Origin: an uncultured Pseudomonadales bacterium
GTDB lineage: Bacteria > Patescibacteriota > Microgenomatia > UBA1400 > CAYNFZ01
Assembly (NCBI GenBank): GCA_964396725.1
Contig: CAYNFZ010000002.1
Location: 1 to 29,332 of the forward strand
Reading direction: 5' to 3'
Length of the DNA: 29,332 bases
Part shown: positions 6,856-16,013 of the stretch, piece after piece
Position numbering within the stretch: the stretch's first letter is position 1
Layout of the letters: each line of letters begins with the position of its first letter
Program-made: the position numbers and the translations under genes
The notes under the pieces: generated by a model
Told to the model about the DNA's origin: nothing
The model's database searches: none
What the model saw: only the letters and a program-made list of their open reading frames with translations

Positions 6856-6865
6856 GTGAGGAAGT

Positions 6866-7417
6866 ATGAACACATGTGAGAGTGAAAATAGAAAAGTGGA
6901 GCGGCGGAAAGTGCCGGAGGTGGTACGTGAGGTGGAACCGGCGTTGGTGACAATGATTGATCAGAAACAACATGTATTGGATTGTCTTGATAATAATAAG
7001 GAGGCGATAAGGTGTATGGGAATGGAAACGGTGGATCGATTGGAGGAACAGAATTTTATGGGGATGCAGATGACATTGTTTGGTAAAGGGATTGAGGTTA
7101 TGGAGTGGGTGAAGTTGAGGGATAATAAGGAAAAACAGAGGCGGTTGGTTGAAGTGGGATTGTTGATAGGAAGTTATGCTTGCTTGATATTGAAAAATGA
7201 ACTAAGGTTTTTGCTTGATGATGCGTGCTTGCTTCGAGCTGGAGGGGAATTGAGTGAGTATACGAGAAATAAGGTGAATGAAATGGAAATATGGCGAGAA
7301 CAAGTTAATGGTAATGGTAGATTCGAGGATGATCTGGACGCGATGGTGCGACGAGCTAGAGAATGGTTGAGATCTAGAGGTTTAGAATTGGATGGTGAGT
7401 GGGATGATTTTAGGTAG
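6866..7417 (+). CDS. Hypothetical protein, 183 aa
   Basis: ORF with a GAGGA SD (6858-6862) that fills the gap before the convergent recJ. Looks helical; no family recognised. Confidence 0.75.
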   Translation: MNTCESENRKVERRKVPEVVREVEPALVTMIDQKQHVLDCLDNNKEAIRCMGMETVDRLEEQNFMGMQMTLFGKGIEVMEWVKLRDNKEKQRRLVEVGLLIGSYACLILKNELRFLLDDACLLRAGGELSEYTRNKVNEMEIWREQVNGNGRFEDDLDAMVRRAREWLRSRGLELDGEWDDFR

Positions 7418-7426
7418 AAAAGTAGT

Positions 7427-9091
7427 CTATGAGGAAGGTTTGATGTCTTTGAGGTGAAGTTGGAGGCTGGTGTTGTCGTTCCAGGTGTTTTGATCGAGAG
7501 TGAAGGCAAATTGGAGATCTTGGCCTATCTGGATTTGGTTATAGAAATGGGCGAGGTTGAAGCCAATGGCGTCGAAGGGCTCTGGGTGAGCGGATGAGGT
7601 GAGTTGAAGTTTGAGGTGGTCGGATGATTTGCCGATAACACGAGAATGGACGAGTTGGGCAGTAGTGGCAAAAACGGGACGAGGATTGCCAATGCCAAAA
7701 GGTTGGAATTGATCGATTTGGTGGTAGAGTTTGAAACTGAGTTGGTTTAGATCGAGACTAAGATCGATGGATAGGGTGGGGAGAAGAAGGGATTTATCGA
7801 TGTGGGAAAGAGAGGCTTGGATGAGAGAGTCAGTGAAGGGAGAGATATTGGTGGTTTCGAGAGAGAAGCCTGCGGCTCCTGGATGGCCACCAGCGTTGAT
7901 GAGGAAGTGTTGGTGGGTACGGATGAAATCGATGATGTTGACGCCGGAAATAGAACGGGCTGAGGCCTTGGAGATTTTGGTACCGCGACTGATGACAATG
8001 GAAGGTTTGTGGTATTTCTCGGTGAGCTTGCCGGCAATGAGACCGATGATGCCTTCATGGAAATCTGGATGGTCAATGATGATGATGTGGCTTTGTTGAA
8101 GAACGGGAGAAGACTGGTAGATGGTGTCGGCTTGGATGATAAATTGGGCGGTGAGATCCTGGCGGGTGTGGTTGGTGTTGGTGAGAGTTTGGGCAAGCTG
8201 GAGGGCTCGGGATGGGTCGGTGGTGCAGAGCAGGCGAAGAGCATCGAGACCGTGCTTAAGGCGTCCCATGGCGTTGATGCGGGGGCCAATGACGAAGCCG
8301 ATGTGGTATGTGGAGAGTGTGGTAAGTTCGGAAATTTCGGCAGATTCTTTTAGAGCTACGAGTCCAGGACGTTTAGTAGTAGCGAGGGCTTGGAGTCCGT
8401 ATTTTGCGAAAGAACGATTGACACCGGTCATGGGCATGAGGTCGGCGATGGTGGCAATTCCAACGAGATCGATTGATTCGGGAAGTGAGGATGCGGGGAA
8501 TTGGGTGCTCAGGTGTTTGGAAAATATCCAAGCAACGGCGGCACCGCAAATATCCAAACTGTGAATAATAGAGATGGCTTTGGGTTTTGTGGAAGAGGGT
8601 TGGTGATGGTCAGTGATGATGAGATCGACTTTTTGGTTTGCGAGAAATTCGGCGGCTTGGTTGGCAACGATACCGTTATCAACGGTGATGACTAGACTTG
8701 GCTGATAGGTGGCGATGACTTGCTGGAGACCCTTGATGGATAAACCGTAGCCGTGTTTTTCTCGATGGGGAATAAAGGGATGTGCGGAAAATCCAGCGTG
8801 ATGAAGAGTTTCCCAAAGAATCGCGGTGGCGCAGATACCGTCGGCGTCGTAATCTCCAAAGATGACGATGGTTTCTTGGTTGACGTGGGCTTGTTGGAGT
8901 CTTTTGGTGGCAAGGTTGAGTGACTTGGCGGTGATGCCCACTTGGCAAGGTGTAAGTTCCGCGGGAGGAGTAGAGTGAAGAAATGAAGCAACTTGGTCTT
9001 TGGTGGTTTGGCCGCGAGCTTTGAGTAGGGCTTTGATGATGTCAGTGGAGGAAGCTTTGGGTTTGAGGGATGATTTGAAATGCCAGTTCAT
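7427..9091 (-). CDS. recJ: Single-stranded-DNA-specific exonuclease RecJ
   Basis: DHH motifs GDYDADG, TVDNG, TDHH, ATIAD, GPRINAMGRL, GGHPGAAG; FQPFGIGNPRP; C-terminal OB fold. Confidence 0.96.
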   Translation of the reverse strand: MNWHFKSSLKPKASSTDIIKALLKARGQTTKDQVASFLHSTPPAELTPCQVGITAKSLNLATKRLQQAHVNQETIVIFGDYDADGICATAILWETLHHAGFSAHPFIPHREKHGYGLSIKGLQQVIATYQPSLVITVDNGIVANQAAEFLANQKVDLIITDHHQPSSTKPKAISIIHSLDICGAAVAWIFSKHLSTQFPASSLPESIDLVGIATIADLMPMTGVNRSFAKYGLQALATTKRPGLVALKESAEISELTTLSTYHIGFVIGPRINAMGRLKHGLDALRLLCTTDPSRALQLAQTLTNTNHTRQDLTAQFIIQADTIYQSSPVLQQSHIIIIDHPDFHEGIIGLIAGKLTEKYHKPSIVISRGTKISKASARSISGVNIIDFIRTHQHFLINAGGHPGAAGFSLETTNISPFTDSLIQASLSHIDKSLLLPTLSIDLSLDLNQLSFKLYHQIDQFQPFGIGNPRPVFATTAQLVHSRVIGKSSDHLKLQLTSSAHPEPFDAIGFNLAHFYNQIQIGQDLQFAFTLDQNTWNDNTSLQLHLKDIKPSS

Positions 9092-9147
9092 GGAAGTCCA
9101 GGTGGAAAAGAATAAGTTGGTGATGGTGGTATCATAAGCATACTATC

Positions 9148-10587
9148 ATGCCACAGGTCGCGATCCCGAAACCGGTTAAATTTGTGTTAGATCAGCTGGA
9201 ATCCAATGGATTTGAGGTTTATGTGGTTGGGGGTGCAGTGCGGGATGTGCTGCTGGGAAACGAGAATGTGTTGGATTGGGATGTAACAACGAATGCGACT
9301 CCTGAAGAAGTAATGCCGCTTTTTGGTGAGAGTTTTTATGATAATGCGTTTGGGACGGTGATGGTGGCGGTAAAACATGTGGCCGAACAAATGGAGGTGG
9401 AGAATGTGTGGGAGGATTTGGAAGTGTTGGATATTACTACATTTCGAACAGAGTCGGGTTATGGTGATAGGAGACGGCCAGATAAGGTGGAGTGGGGTGA
9501 GAGTTTGGAAGAAGATCTGCAGCGGCGAGATTTCACGGTTAATGCAATGGCGTTAAAAATTCAAAATGCAAATCTCAAAGAGCAAAATGATATTGAAAAA
9601 ATCAAAAATGTTCATGTTGAAGCGGAAATAATTGATCTGTATGAGGGGTTGAAAGATTTGGGTGATAAGGTGATAAGGGCTGTGGGAGATGCTGGAGAAC
9701 GATTTGAAGAAGATGCTTTGCGGATGATGAGGGCGATAAGGATTGGGGCGCGGATGGGATTTATAATTGAAAAGAAAACCTTGGAAGCAATTCGCGAAAA
9801 AGCACCTTTAATACAGGAGATTAGTTGGGAACGGATTCGGGATGAGTTGATGAAGATCTTGGCAAGTGATTATCCGGCTGATGGAATCATGCTGATGCAC
9901 GCGGCTGGATTGTTGGAATTTATACTGCCGGAAGTGCTAGAAACGGAGAAGGTAGAACAAGGCGGGCATCACATTTATGATGTGTGGAAACATAGTATCG
10001 AAAGTTTACGAGAATGTCCCAGCCGGGACCCGATAGTGAGATTGGCAACACTACTTCACGATGTGGGGAAACCGCGAACGATGAGGAAGCAGGGTCCGAG
10101 GGGAGTAACTTTTTATGGACACGAGGTAGTGGGGGCGCGGATGGTAAAGGTGATTGCGGATAGACTACGGTTGTCGAAAAAAGAGAAAGAAAAGTTGTTT
10201 ACTCTGGTACGATGGCATATGTTTGTGTATGCACCGGAGATGACGGATGCGGCTATTCGGCGATTTATTCGGAGAGTGGGTAGAGAAAATATCAATGACA
10301 TGATGATGCTACGAATTGGGGATAGAAAAGGTGGTGGGTCGAGAGCGACGAGTTGGAGGTTACGAGAGTTACAGAAACGGATTGGGGAGAATTTGTACAC
10401 GCCGATGAGTGTGAGGGATTTGGTGATTGGAGGGAATGAGGTGATGGAGATGTTGAAGATAAAACCAGGTCCTATGGTGGGAATGATTTTGGAGAAAATG
10501 TTTACGGAGGTGATGGAAGGTAATCTTGAAAACGAGAAAACGGTACTGCTTACAAGAGCGAAAGAAATTTTTGTAGAAGAGACGTGA
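9148..10587 (+). CDS. cca: CCA tRNA nucleotidyltransferase (class II) with HD domain
   Basis: VGGAVRD, DWD, RTESGY..RRP, RRDFTVNAMA, EDALRMMRA, ERIRDEL, and the HD motif LLHDVGK. Confidence 0.92.
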   Translation: MPQVAIPKPVKFVLDQLESNGFEVYVVGGAVRDVLLGNENVLDWDVTTNATPEEVMPLFGESFYDNAFGTVMVAVKHVAEQMEVENVWEDLEVLDITTFRTESGYGDRRRPDKVEWGESLEEDLQRRDFTVNAMALKIQNANLKEQNDIEKIKNVHVEAEIIDLYEGLKDLGDKVIRAVGDAGERFEEDALRMMRAIRIGARMGFIIEKKTLEAIREKAPLIQEISWERIRDELMKILASDYPADGIMLMHAAGLLEFILPEVLETEKVEQGGHHIYDVWKHSIESLRECPSRDPIVRLATLLHDVGKPRTMRKQGPRGVTFYGHEVVGARMVKVIADRLRLSKKEKEKLFTLVRWHMFVYAPEMTDAAIRRFIRRVGRENINDMMMLRIGDRKGGGSRATSWRLRELQKRIGENLYTPMSVRDLVIGGNEVMEMLKIKPGPMVGMILEKMFTEVMEGNLENEKTVLLTRAKEIFVEET

Positions 10588-11570
10588 TGCAACATGACTT
10601 GGATAAGAAGACTGTGGCTGAATTAATTACTGGTAAGATTCCTAAGTTTCAACCGGAGGCGCAAGTTGGTCGGGTACTGGAGATACTAACTGAAAATGCA
10701 AATCAATTTGATGAAGTTGAGTATGTAGTAGTGGTTGATAAGCAGGACAGGTTTGTAGGGATGGTGGATATTAAGCAAGTAATGAGCGCAAAGAAAGCAA
10801 CAGAAATACAGGGGCTAATTAGAAAACGTAATCAAGTTTGGGCGCACTTGCACAACCATCCTGAGACTGTGGCGTATCTGGCAATTAAGAATGATGTTGA
10901 AGCAGTTCCGATAGTGGACAAAGAGAATAAGTTTTTGGGTGTAATAAGTGCAGAAGTGATTCATTCAATCTTGTATCACGAATTACGGCATGACATGCTC
11001 CAGTTGGCGGGGGTACGCCATCAGAGACGAAACATTGATAATGTGCTGGATATATCTATTTGCCGGTCGTTACTTCATAGAAGTCCGTGGTTGTTGATTG
11101 GACTTGTGGGAGGGTTGTTTACAGCGAGGGTTATTGGATTCTTTGAAAGTACTTTAGAAAAAAACTTAATACTGGCATCTTTTATTCCACTGATTGTGTA
11201 TATGTCCGATGCGGTGGGGACCCAAATGGAAGCATTTGTGATCCGAGACCTAGCGATCGATCCAAAATTGAATTTTATGAAGTATTTTGTAAAACAATTC
11301 AGGGTAGTGTTGATAATGGGAGTAGCCTTTGCTGGCTTGTTGTTTTTACTTTCTGTGGGGCTATATAGAGAGTTGAGGATTGCAATAGTGTTAGCTTTGG
11401 CTCTTGGTGGTGCGATATTGTCGTCGGTGATAACGGGGATGGTTGTGCCTTATATTTTTGGAAAGCTGAAGCTAGACCCGGCTAATGCTAGCGGGCCAAT
11501 TGCTACTATCATTCAAGATCTGATAAGTGTGGTGATTTATTTTTCAATTGCACAAGCGTTACTGCTTTGA
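10587..11570 (+). CDS. mgtE: MgtE-family magnesium transporter (CBS pair plus TM domain, no N-domain)
   Basis: CBS repeats, R.PWLLIGL, FIPLIVYMSDAVGTQ, and DPANASGPIATIIQD with the conserved TM5 Asp. The ATG overlaps the cca TGA (TGATG). Confidence 0.88.
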   Translation: MQHDLDKKTVAELITGKIPKFQPEAQVGRVLEILTENANQFDEVEYVVVVDKQDRFVGMVDIKQVMSAKKATEIQGLIRKRNQVWAHLHNHPETVAYLAIKNDVEAVPIVDKENKFLGVISAEVIHSILYHELRHDMLQLAGVRHQRRNIDNVLDISICRSLLHRSPWLLIGLVGGLFTARVIGFFESTLEKNLILASFIPLIVYMSDAVGTQMEAFVIRDLAIDPKLNFMKYFVKQFRVVLIMGVAFAGLLFLLSVGLYRELRIAIVLALALGGAILSSVITGMVVPYIFGKLKLDPANASGPIATIIQDLISVVIYFSIAQALLL

Positions 11571-11582
11571 CTGATGGATTGA

Positions 11583-12521
11583 TTACAACCAGCGCTTGAG
11601 TTTGAAGACAATGGCCATGACTAGGGCGATGATACACATCCACATGACGGTAATGAAAAATCCAAGAGGATGGAAACTGATGGGGATGTATTTGAAGTTC
11701 ATGCCAAAGATACCACTAATTAGGGTCAGCGGTAAGAGGATGACGGAAAAGATGGTGAGGATTTTGATGACTTCGTTGGTGCGAAAAGTGACCAGAGACT
11801 CGAAAGTTTTGACGAGGCCTTCGAGGTGATCCATGTCTGATTCGAGTTCAAAGGTAAAGGAGTTGATGGCTTCGAGGATTTTATTCCAGTCGGAGGCGTA
11901 GGTTTTGTCGAGATTGACGAGAGGACTTTCTTTGCCGCGATAGGAATCGAAGATGCGAGATTGACGTTCGAGAGCATTGTGAGCGATGATTTGATTGTAG
12001 CGAGTGACAGAGATAGTTTCGACAAATTTTTTAGCGAGGCGTTTTTCGAAGACTTCTTTATGGAGACGATCGATGATAATGCCTTGTTCGTCAATGTGTT
12101 TTTCAAGTTCGCCGAAGATTTCTAGCATCAAACGGGTGAAGAGACCGGCTGGGCCGGTTTTGAAACGGGACTCGGCATTGGAACTGGAATCTTTGGTGGA
12201 TTCGAAGAATTGATTGAGAGCGTAGATGTTGCCACGGCTTTCGACGGTAACTAGGACGGTTTTGGTAATAAAGACATTGAGTTCGGACACGGAAAAGTTA
12301 GCAGAATTTTTAGGCAAAAAGGGGATATGAAAGATGAAGCTGGTGTAACTGGAAGTGATATTGATTTTGGGGCGGGGAGTTTTTTGGAGTTTACAACTGG
12401 ATAGGGTTTCGTGGCTGAAGTTAAATTTTTGAGAGAGAAATTGAACGTCTTTGTCGGTGAGACATCTGTCGAAATGGTACCGGTGGTACTGGCCGTGTTT
12501 GAGGGACAGGTAGTTGGGCAT
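11583..12521 (-). CDS. CorA-family divalent cation transporter
   Basis: NEVIKILTIFSVILLPLTLISGIFGMNF (GMN signature) and two C-terminal TM helices. Confidence 0.88.
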   Translation of the reverse strand: MPNYLSLKHGQYHRYHFDRCLTDKDVQFLSQKFNFSHETLSSCKLQKTPRPKINITSSYTSFIFHIPFLPKNSANFSVSELNVFITKTVLVTVESRGNIYALNQFFESTKDSSSNAESRFKTGPAGLFTRLMLEIFGELEKHIDEQGIIIDRLHKEVFEKRLAKKFVETISVTRYNQIIAHNALERQSRIFDSYRGKESPLVNLDKTYASDWNKILEAINSFTFELESDMDHLEGLVKTFESLVTFRTNEVIKILTIFSVILLPLTLISGIFGMNFKYIPISFHPLGFFITVMWMCIIALVMAIVFKLKRWL

Positions 12522-12527
12522 GTGAAT

Positions 12528-12536
12528 AGTATAGCA
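12528..12536 (-). promoter_or_regulatory. Extended -10 promoter, leaderless CorA mRNA
   Basis: TGCTATACT followed by 6 nt and then the ATG at 12521. Confidence 0.55.
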
Positions 12537-12654
12537 AGGAAACGAATCGAGCGAAAAGAAGCTGAAGTTGCCGGTTGTGAGAAGAGTTGATATTTTTTAG
12601 AGAATAAGAAGCGGATTGGTCTTTTGATCGTGTGACTGGCTCAGAGCAAATAGG

Positions 12655-13542
12655 TTAGTGTTGACTTTTTTTGTTGATGTAAGTCTCCCAAACTACCAAG
12701 AGGGGTGCGGCAGTAAAAGTTGAGCTGTAGGTGCCGGTGATGGTGCCGATGAGGAGGGCGAGAATGAAGAATCTGATGGAGTCACCACCCAGGAGGAAAA
12801 GCGAGGTAAGCATGAAGATGATGGTCATGGAGTTGTTGACTGAGCGAGCTAAAGTTTCGGCAATGGCTTTGTTGACGATGGAGGCAAAATCAGCTTTGGA
12901 ATGGCGGTGGAGGGTTTCGCGGATGCGATCATAGACAACGATGGTGTCGTGAACAGAGAAGGAGAGAATGGTGAGAACCGCGGTGACGAAGAGGGTGTCG
13001 ACTTGAATGTGGTAAAGATGACCCAAGATGGAAAAACTGCCGACGACGATAAGGGTATCGTGGAACATGGCGGCTACGGCGCAGACTCCGTATTTTAATT
13101 CTTTGAATTGGTAGGCGACGTAGATCAAGATAGCAATAGCGGCGAGAAGGATGGCAATGGTGGTTTTTTTGACGAGTTCGGCTCCGAGCGTAGGGCCGAC
13201 GGTTTCGAAGCGAATTTCTTCGACTGAACCAAGCTCTTGGCCGATGGATGCTTGGATGGTTTGATTGGTAGCGGGGTCGAGGGGGGCGGTGCGGATTAAG
13301 TAAGTATCGCCGGTGAATTGAACGGAGGAGATGTCGGTGATGGGAGAGATGGTGTCGGTGATGAGTTGGTCAGAGAGATTAGTCCCTTGATGGGGAGTGA
13401 TGTTGAGTTCAAGGAGGGAACCACCGGTAAAGTCGATGGCAGGCTGGAGACCATAGCGGAGGAGAGAGTAGATGCTGGGAATGATGACCAGAGCGGAGAG
13501 GGTAAAGTAGACTGGGGAGTATTTGATGAAGTTTGGGGACAT
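12655..13542 (-). CDS. secF: Protein translocase subunit SecF
   Basis: IDFTGGS, ETVGPTLGAEL, HDTLI, SFSVHDTIVVYDRIRE, RSVNNSMT. Start reassigned from the track's 13680 to the ATG at 13542 to avoid overlap with secD. Confidence 0.96.
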   Translation of the reverse strand: MSPNFIKYSPVYFTLSALVIIPSIYSLLRYGLQPAIDFTGGSLLELNITPHQGTNLSDQLITDTISPITDISSVQFTGDTYLIRTAPLDPATNQTIQASIGQELGSVEEIRFETVGPTLGAELVKKTTIAILLAAIAILIYVAYQFKELKYGVCAVAAMFHDTLIVVGSFSILGHLYHIQVDTLFVTAVLTILSFSVHDTIVVYDRIRETLHRHSKADFASIVNKAIAETLARSVNNSMTIIFMLTSLFLLGGDSIRFFILALLIGTITGTYSSTFTAAPLLVVWETYINKKSQH

Positions 13543-13582
13543 GGTATTAATGAGGAATGAGGAAGAAATAAGAAATAATGAA

Positions 13583-14953
13583 TTATTGGTGTGGTTGATA
13601 AAAGAGGCGGATGAGGGTACGAGTAACGATGATGCCGGTGAAGAGGCTGATGGCGATACCCAGAGCCAAAGTGAGAGCAAAACCGCGGACTAAACCTGAG
13701 GTGTTCAAGAATGTCCAGTTGAAGGGATTGAAAAGAATAAAGCAGATAGTGAGGGTGGCGATGTTAGCATCTTTGATGGAATCCCAAGCTCTACCGAATC
13801 CGAGTTCGATGGCGGTGGACCAAGGTTTACCGCTTCGTTGTTCTTCTTTGGTGCGTTCGAAGATGAGAATGTTGGAGTCAACGGCCATGCCAACTGAGAG
13901 AATAAAGCCCGCTAATCCTGGAAGGGTGAGGGTGACGCCAAGGAGCTTGTATAAGGCTAAAGTGATGATACCGTAAACGATGAGGGCCAGATCGGCGAGG
14001 AAACCGAGGCGGCTGTAGTAGAGAATCATAAAGCACATGACGATGACTAATCCGAGAAAGCCAGCTTGGAGGCTTTTGGTGACGGATTCTTGACCTAGGG
14101 TAGCACCGACGTTGTTTTGACCAATGACTTGGATGGGAACAGGAAGGGCACCGGCGTTTAATTGAATGCTTAGATTTTTGGCGTCCTCGGTGGTAAATTG
14201 ACCGGAAATCACGGCTTCACCAGAGGTGATTTCGGCTTGAACGGTGGGAATGGTGATAGGAGCGCCATCGAGGAAAATAGCCACTGGTTGACCGAGGTTT
14301 CTTTTGGTGATGTCGGCGAAGAGTTTGGAGCCTTCGGGGCTAAAGATTAAGCCCACCACGGGTGAACCAGTTTGGGGATCGAACTGGACCGAGGCTTTTT
14401 TGAGGTGTTGGCCGGTGAGATCGGTGGGAATAAAAGAATTAATGAGTTGAGCGGCTGAAGGGGTGGCGGTAAGGGGAAGAAGATTAGGATCGGGCTCACG
14501 GAAATCTAGTTGGGCGGTTTGGCCTATAAGATCAATGGCTTGGGTAACATCTTGAATGCCGGGAAGCTCGACGATGATGCGATAAGTGTCAGCAGAAGGA
14601 TCGACGCTGGTTTGGATAATGGGTTCGGAGACGCCAAAAAGGTCAATACGGCGAGAAATGATTTCGCGGGAACTTTCGAGAGCATCGGTTCTGTCTTGAT
14701 TGGGGATATCGGACATATTGGCATCAAGTACTAGGTGAGTACCGCCTTGTAGATCGAGTCCGAGTTTGATTTGCGGGTCAAAAGTGAGGTGACGGCCGAA
14801 TAGATGGAAGTCTGGGGTAAGTTTGGTGACGGTTTGATTGATTTGAAGCGGACCTTGATGAAGGTTTATGTGGAGGGACGATGGCAGGGCGATGTATAGA
14901 GAGATGAGGGTAGTGATGAGAATAAAGATGAACAGTTTTTGGGGAGTAAGCAT
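13583..14953 (-). CDS. secD: Protein translocase subunit SecD
   Basis: KLGLDLQGG, RRIDLFGVSEP, ELPG, LNAGALP, VGATLG, GMAVDSNILIFER, DANIAT, GFALTL. Confidence 0.97.
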   Translation of the reverse strand: MLTPQKLFIFILITTLISLYIALPSSLHINLHQGPLQINQTVTKLTPDFHLFGRHLTFDPQIKLGLDLQGGTHLVLDANMSDIPNQDRTDALESSREIISRRIDLFGVSEPIIQTSVDPSADTYRIIVELPGIQDVTQAIDLIGQTAQLDFREPDPNLLPLTATPSAAQLINSFIPTDLTGQHLKKASVQFDPQTGSPVVGLIFSPEGSKLFADITKRNLGQPVAIFLDGAPITIPTVQAEITSGEAVISGQFTTEDAKNLSIQLNAGALPVPIQVIGQNNVGATLGQESVTKSLQAGFLGLVIVMCFMILYYSRLGFLADLALIVYGIITLALYKLLGVTLTLPGLAGFILSVGMAVDSNILIFERTKEEQRSGKPWSTAIELGFGRAWDSIKDANIATLTICFILFNPFNWTFLNTSGLVRGFALTLALGIAISLFTGIIVTRTLIRLFYQPHQ

Positions 14954-14994
14954 AGAGACTCAAAAATAAGTGGATGAGGTGTAGATCGATGAAG

Positions 14995-15165
14995 TTATTG
15001 TATCAGGGGAAGTTGGCGCATGGATTTGAAGTTGGCAGTGAGACGACCTTTTTGGGGATCGGTCTTGACTACAACTTCATCGCCGAGCTTGATGCCGATT
15101 TTACGGGCAAATTTGGCCGGAATGGTAATGGCCAGAGAATTGCCGGTTTGAACGATTTTGGACAT
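14995..15165 (-). CDS. AbrB/MazE/SpoVT-family DNA-binding protein, 56 aa; not in the ORF track
   Basis: Hand-translated as MSKIVQTGNSLAITIPAKFARKIGIKLGDEVVVKTDPQKGRLTANFKSMRQLPLIQ*. GNSL.ITIP....K.GI..GDEV is the swapped-hairpin signature. Confidence 0.85.
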   Translation of the reverse strand: MSKIVQTGNSLAITIPAKFARKIGIKLGDEVVVKTDPQKGRLTANFKSMRQLPLIQ

Positions 15166-15179
15166 AAATGATTAATGTT

Positions 15180-15800
15180 CTATTGTGGTGGAAGTTGAGG
15201 GTTGGTGTCTCTGGGTTTTTGGCTAACCATATCTTCTTCGTTGCCGACGATCATAATGCGAGAACTGGCGAGAATGTTGAGGAGAAAAGGGTCGCGGCGA
15301 TCTTTGCGAAATTGAAATTCTTCTTGAGTCATAACAGTATAGTTGATTTCGGTTTTACGAGTGGTTTCTTCTTTTCTGATTAAACCAGATAGTTCAGGGA
15401 TGACTACGGTGCCAACGACCAGGAGATCGACTTCGTTGGGGTCGCGATCGAGGTGGTGAACGAATTTACCGGAAAACATGATGTATTTGATTTTGCCGAT
15501 TTTGTTTTTATTTTTCCTAATAGCGGCACCAAGACCAGTGGTTTTGGCGACAAGAGAAAGAAGTTCGAGATAGAAATCGTAACTTTTGTTAGGGTAGTAG
15601 TAGAGACGGTTGCCGCGAGATTCGCTTTTGATGAAGCTAATACTTTCGAGACGCTTGAGCTCACGGCGAACAGCATTGATCTCCTCACCAGTGATGCGAG
15701 TGAGTTGACGAACGTAGTACATCTCGGTGGGGTCTGAGAGGAAAGTTTTGAGAAGTTTGACGCGGACTCTGGAAACCATGAAATCTTGAAGGCCAGCCAT
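15180..15800 (-). CDS. Winged-HTH (ArsR-like) protein with a C-terminal nucleotidyltransferase-like domain
   Basis: SRVRVKLL...YVRQLTRITGEEINAVRRELKRLE...RGNRLYY (wHTH), then FSG...EVDLLVVG...EINYTVM (degenerate NTase fold). AAGGA SD. Confidence 0.78.
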   Translation of the reverse strand: MAGLQDFMVSRVRVKLLKTFLSDPTEMYYVRQLTRITGEEINAVRRELKRLESISFIKSESRGNRLYYYPNKSYDFYLELLSLVAKTTGLGAAIRKNKNKIGKIKYIMFSGKFVHHLDRDPNEVDLLVVGTVVIPELSGLIRKEETTRKTEINYTVMTQEEFQFRKDRRDPFLLNILASSRIMIVGNEEDMVSQKPRDTNPQLPPQ

Positions 15801-16013
15801 GGTTAGTATTCCTTTCCGGCAGGGAACTGGTAAATATCTTTATGACTCTATACCCGAAATATACCATAAAATCAATATTTTGTACTCAATTTGGGTGAAA
15901 ATGTTGATGAGGGGAGGGAGTGTAGGAAGTAGAAAAAGCAGGAAAGGTAGTACGAGTAGAGGCGGCAAAGGGAGAAAATAAGAAGCTCAAGTGAAGGGGA
16001 CTATAATATGGGG

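Noticed and set aside
13543-13680. Long N-terminal extensions given by the track (secF from 13680, and similarly 2334, 20624, 23166, 24231)
   Set aside because: They overlap neighbouring genes or lack start signals. Downstream ATGs fit family N-termini or SD/-10 positions better.
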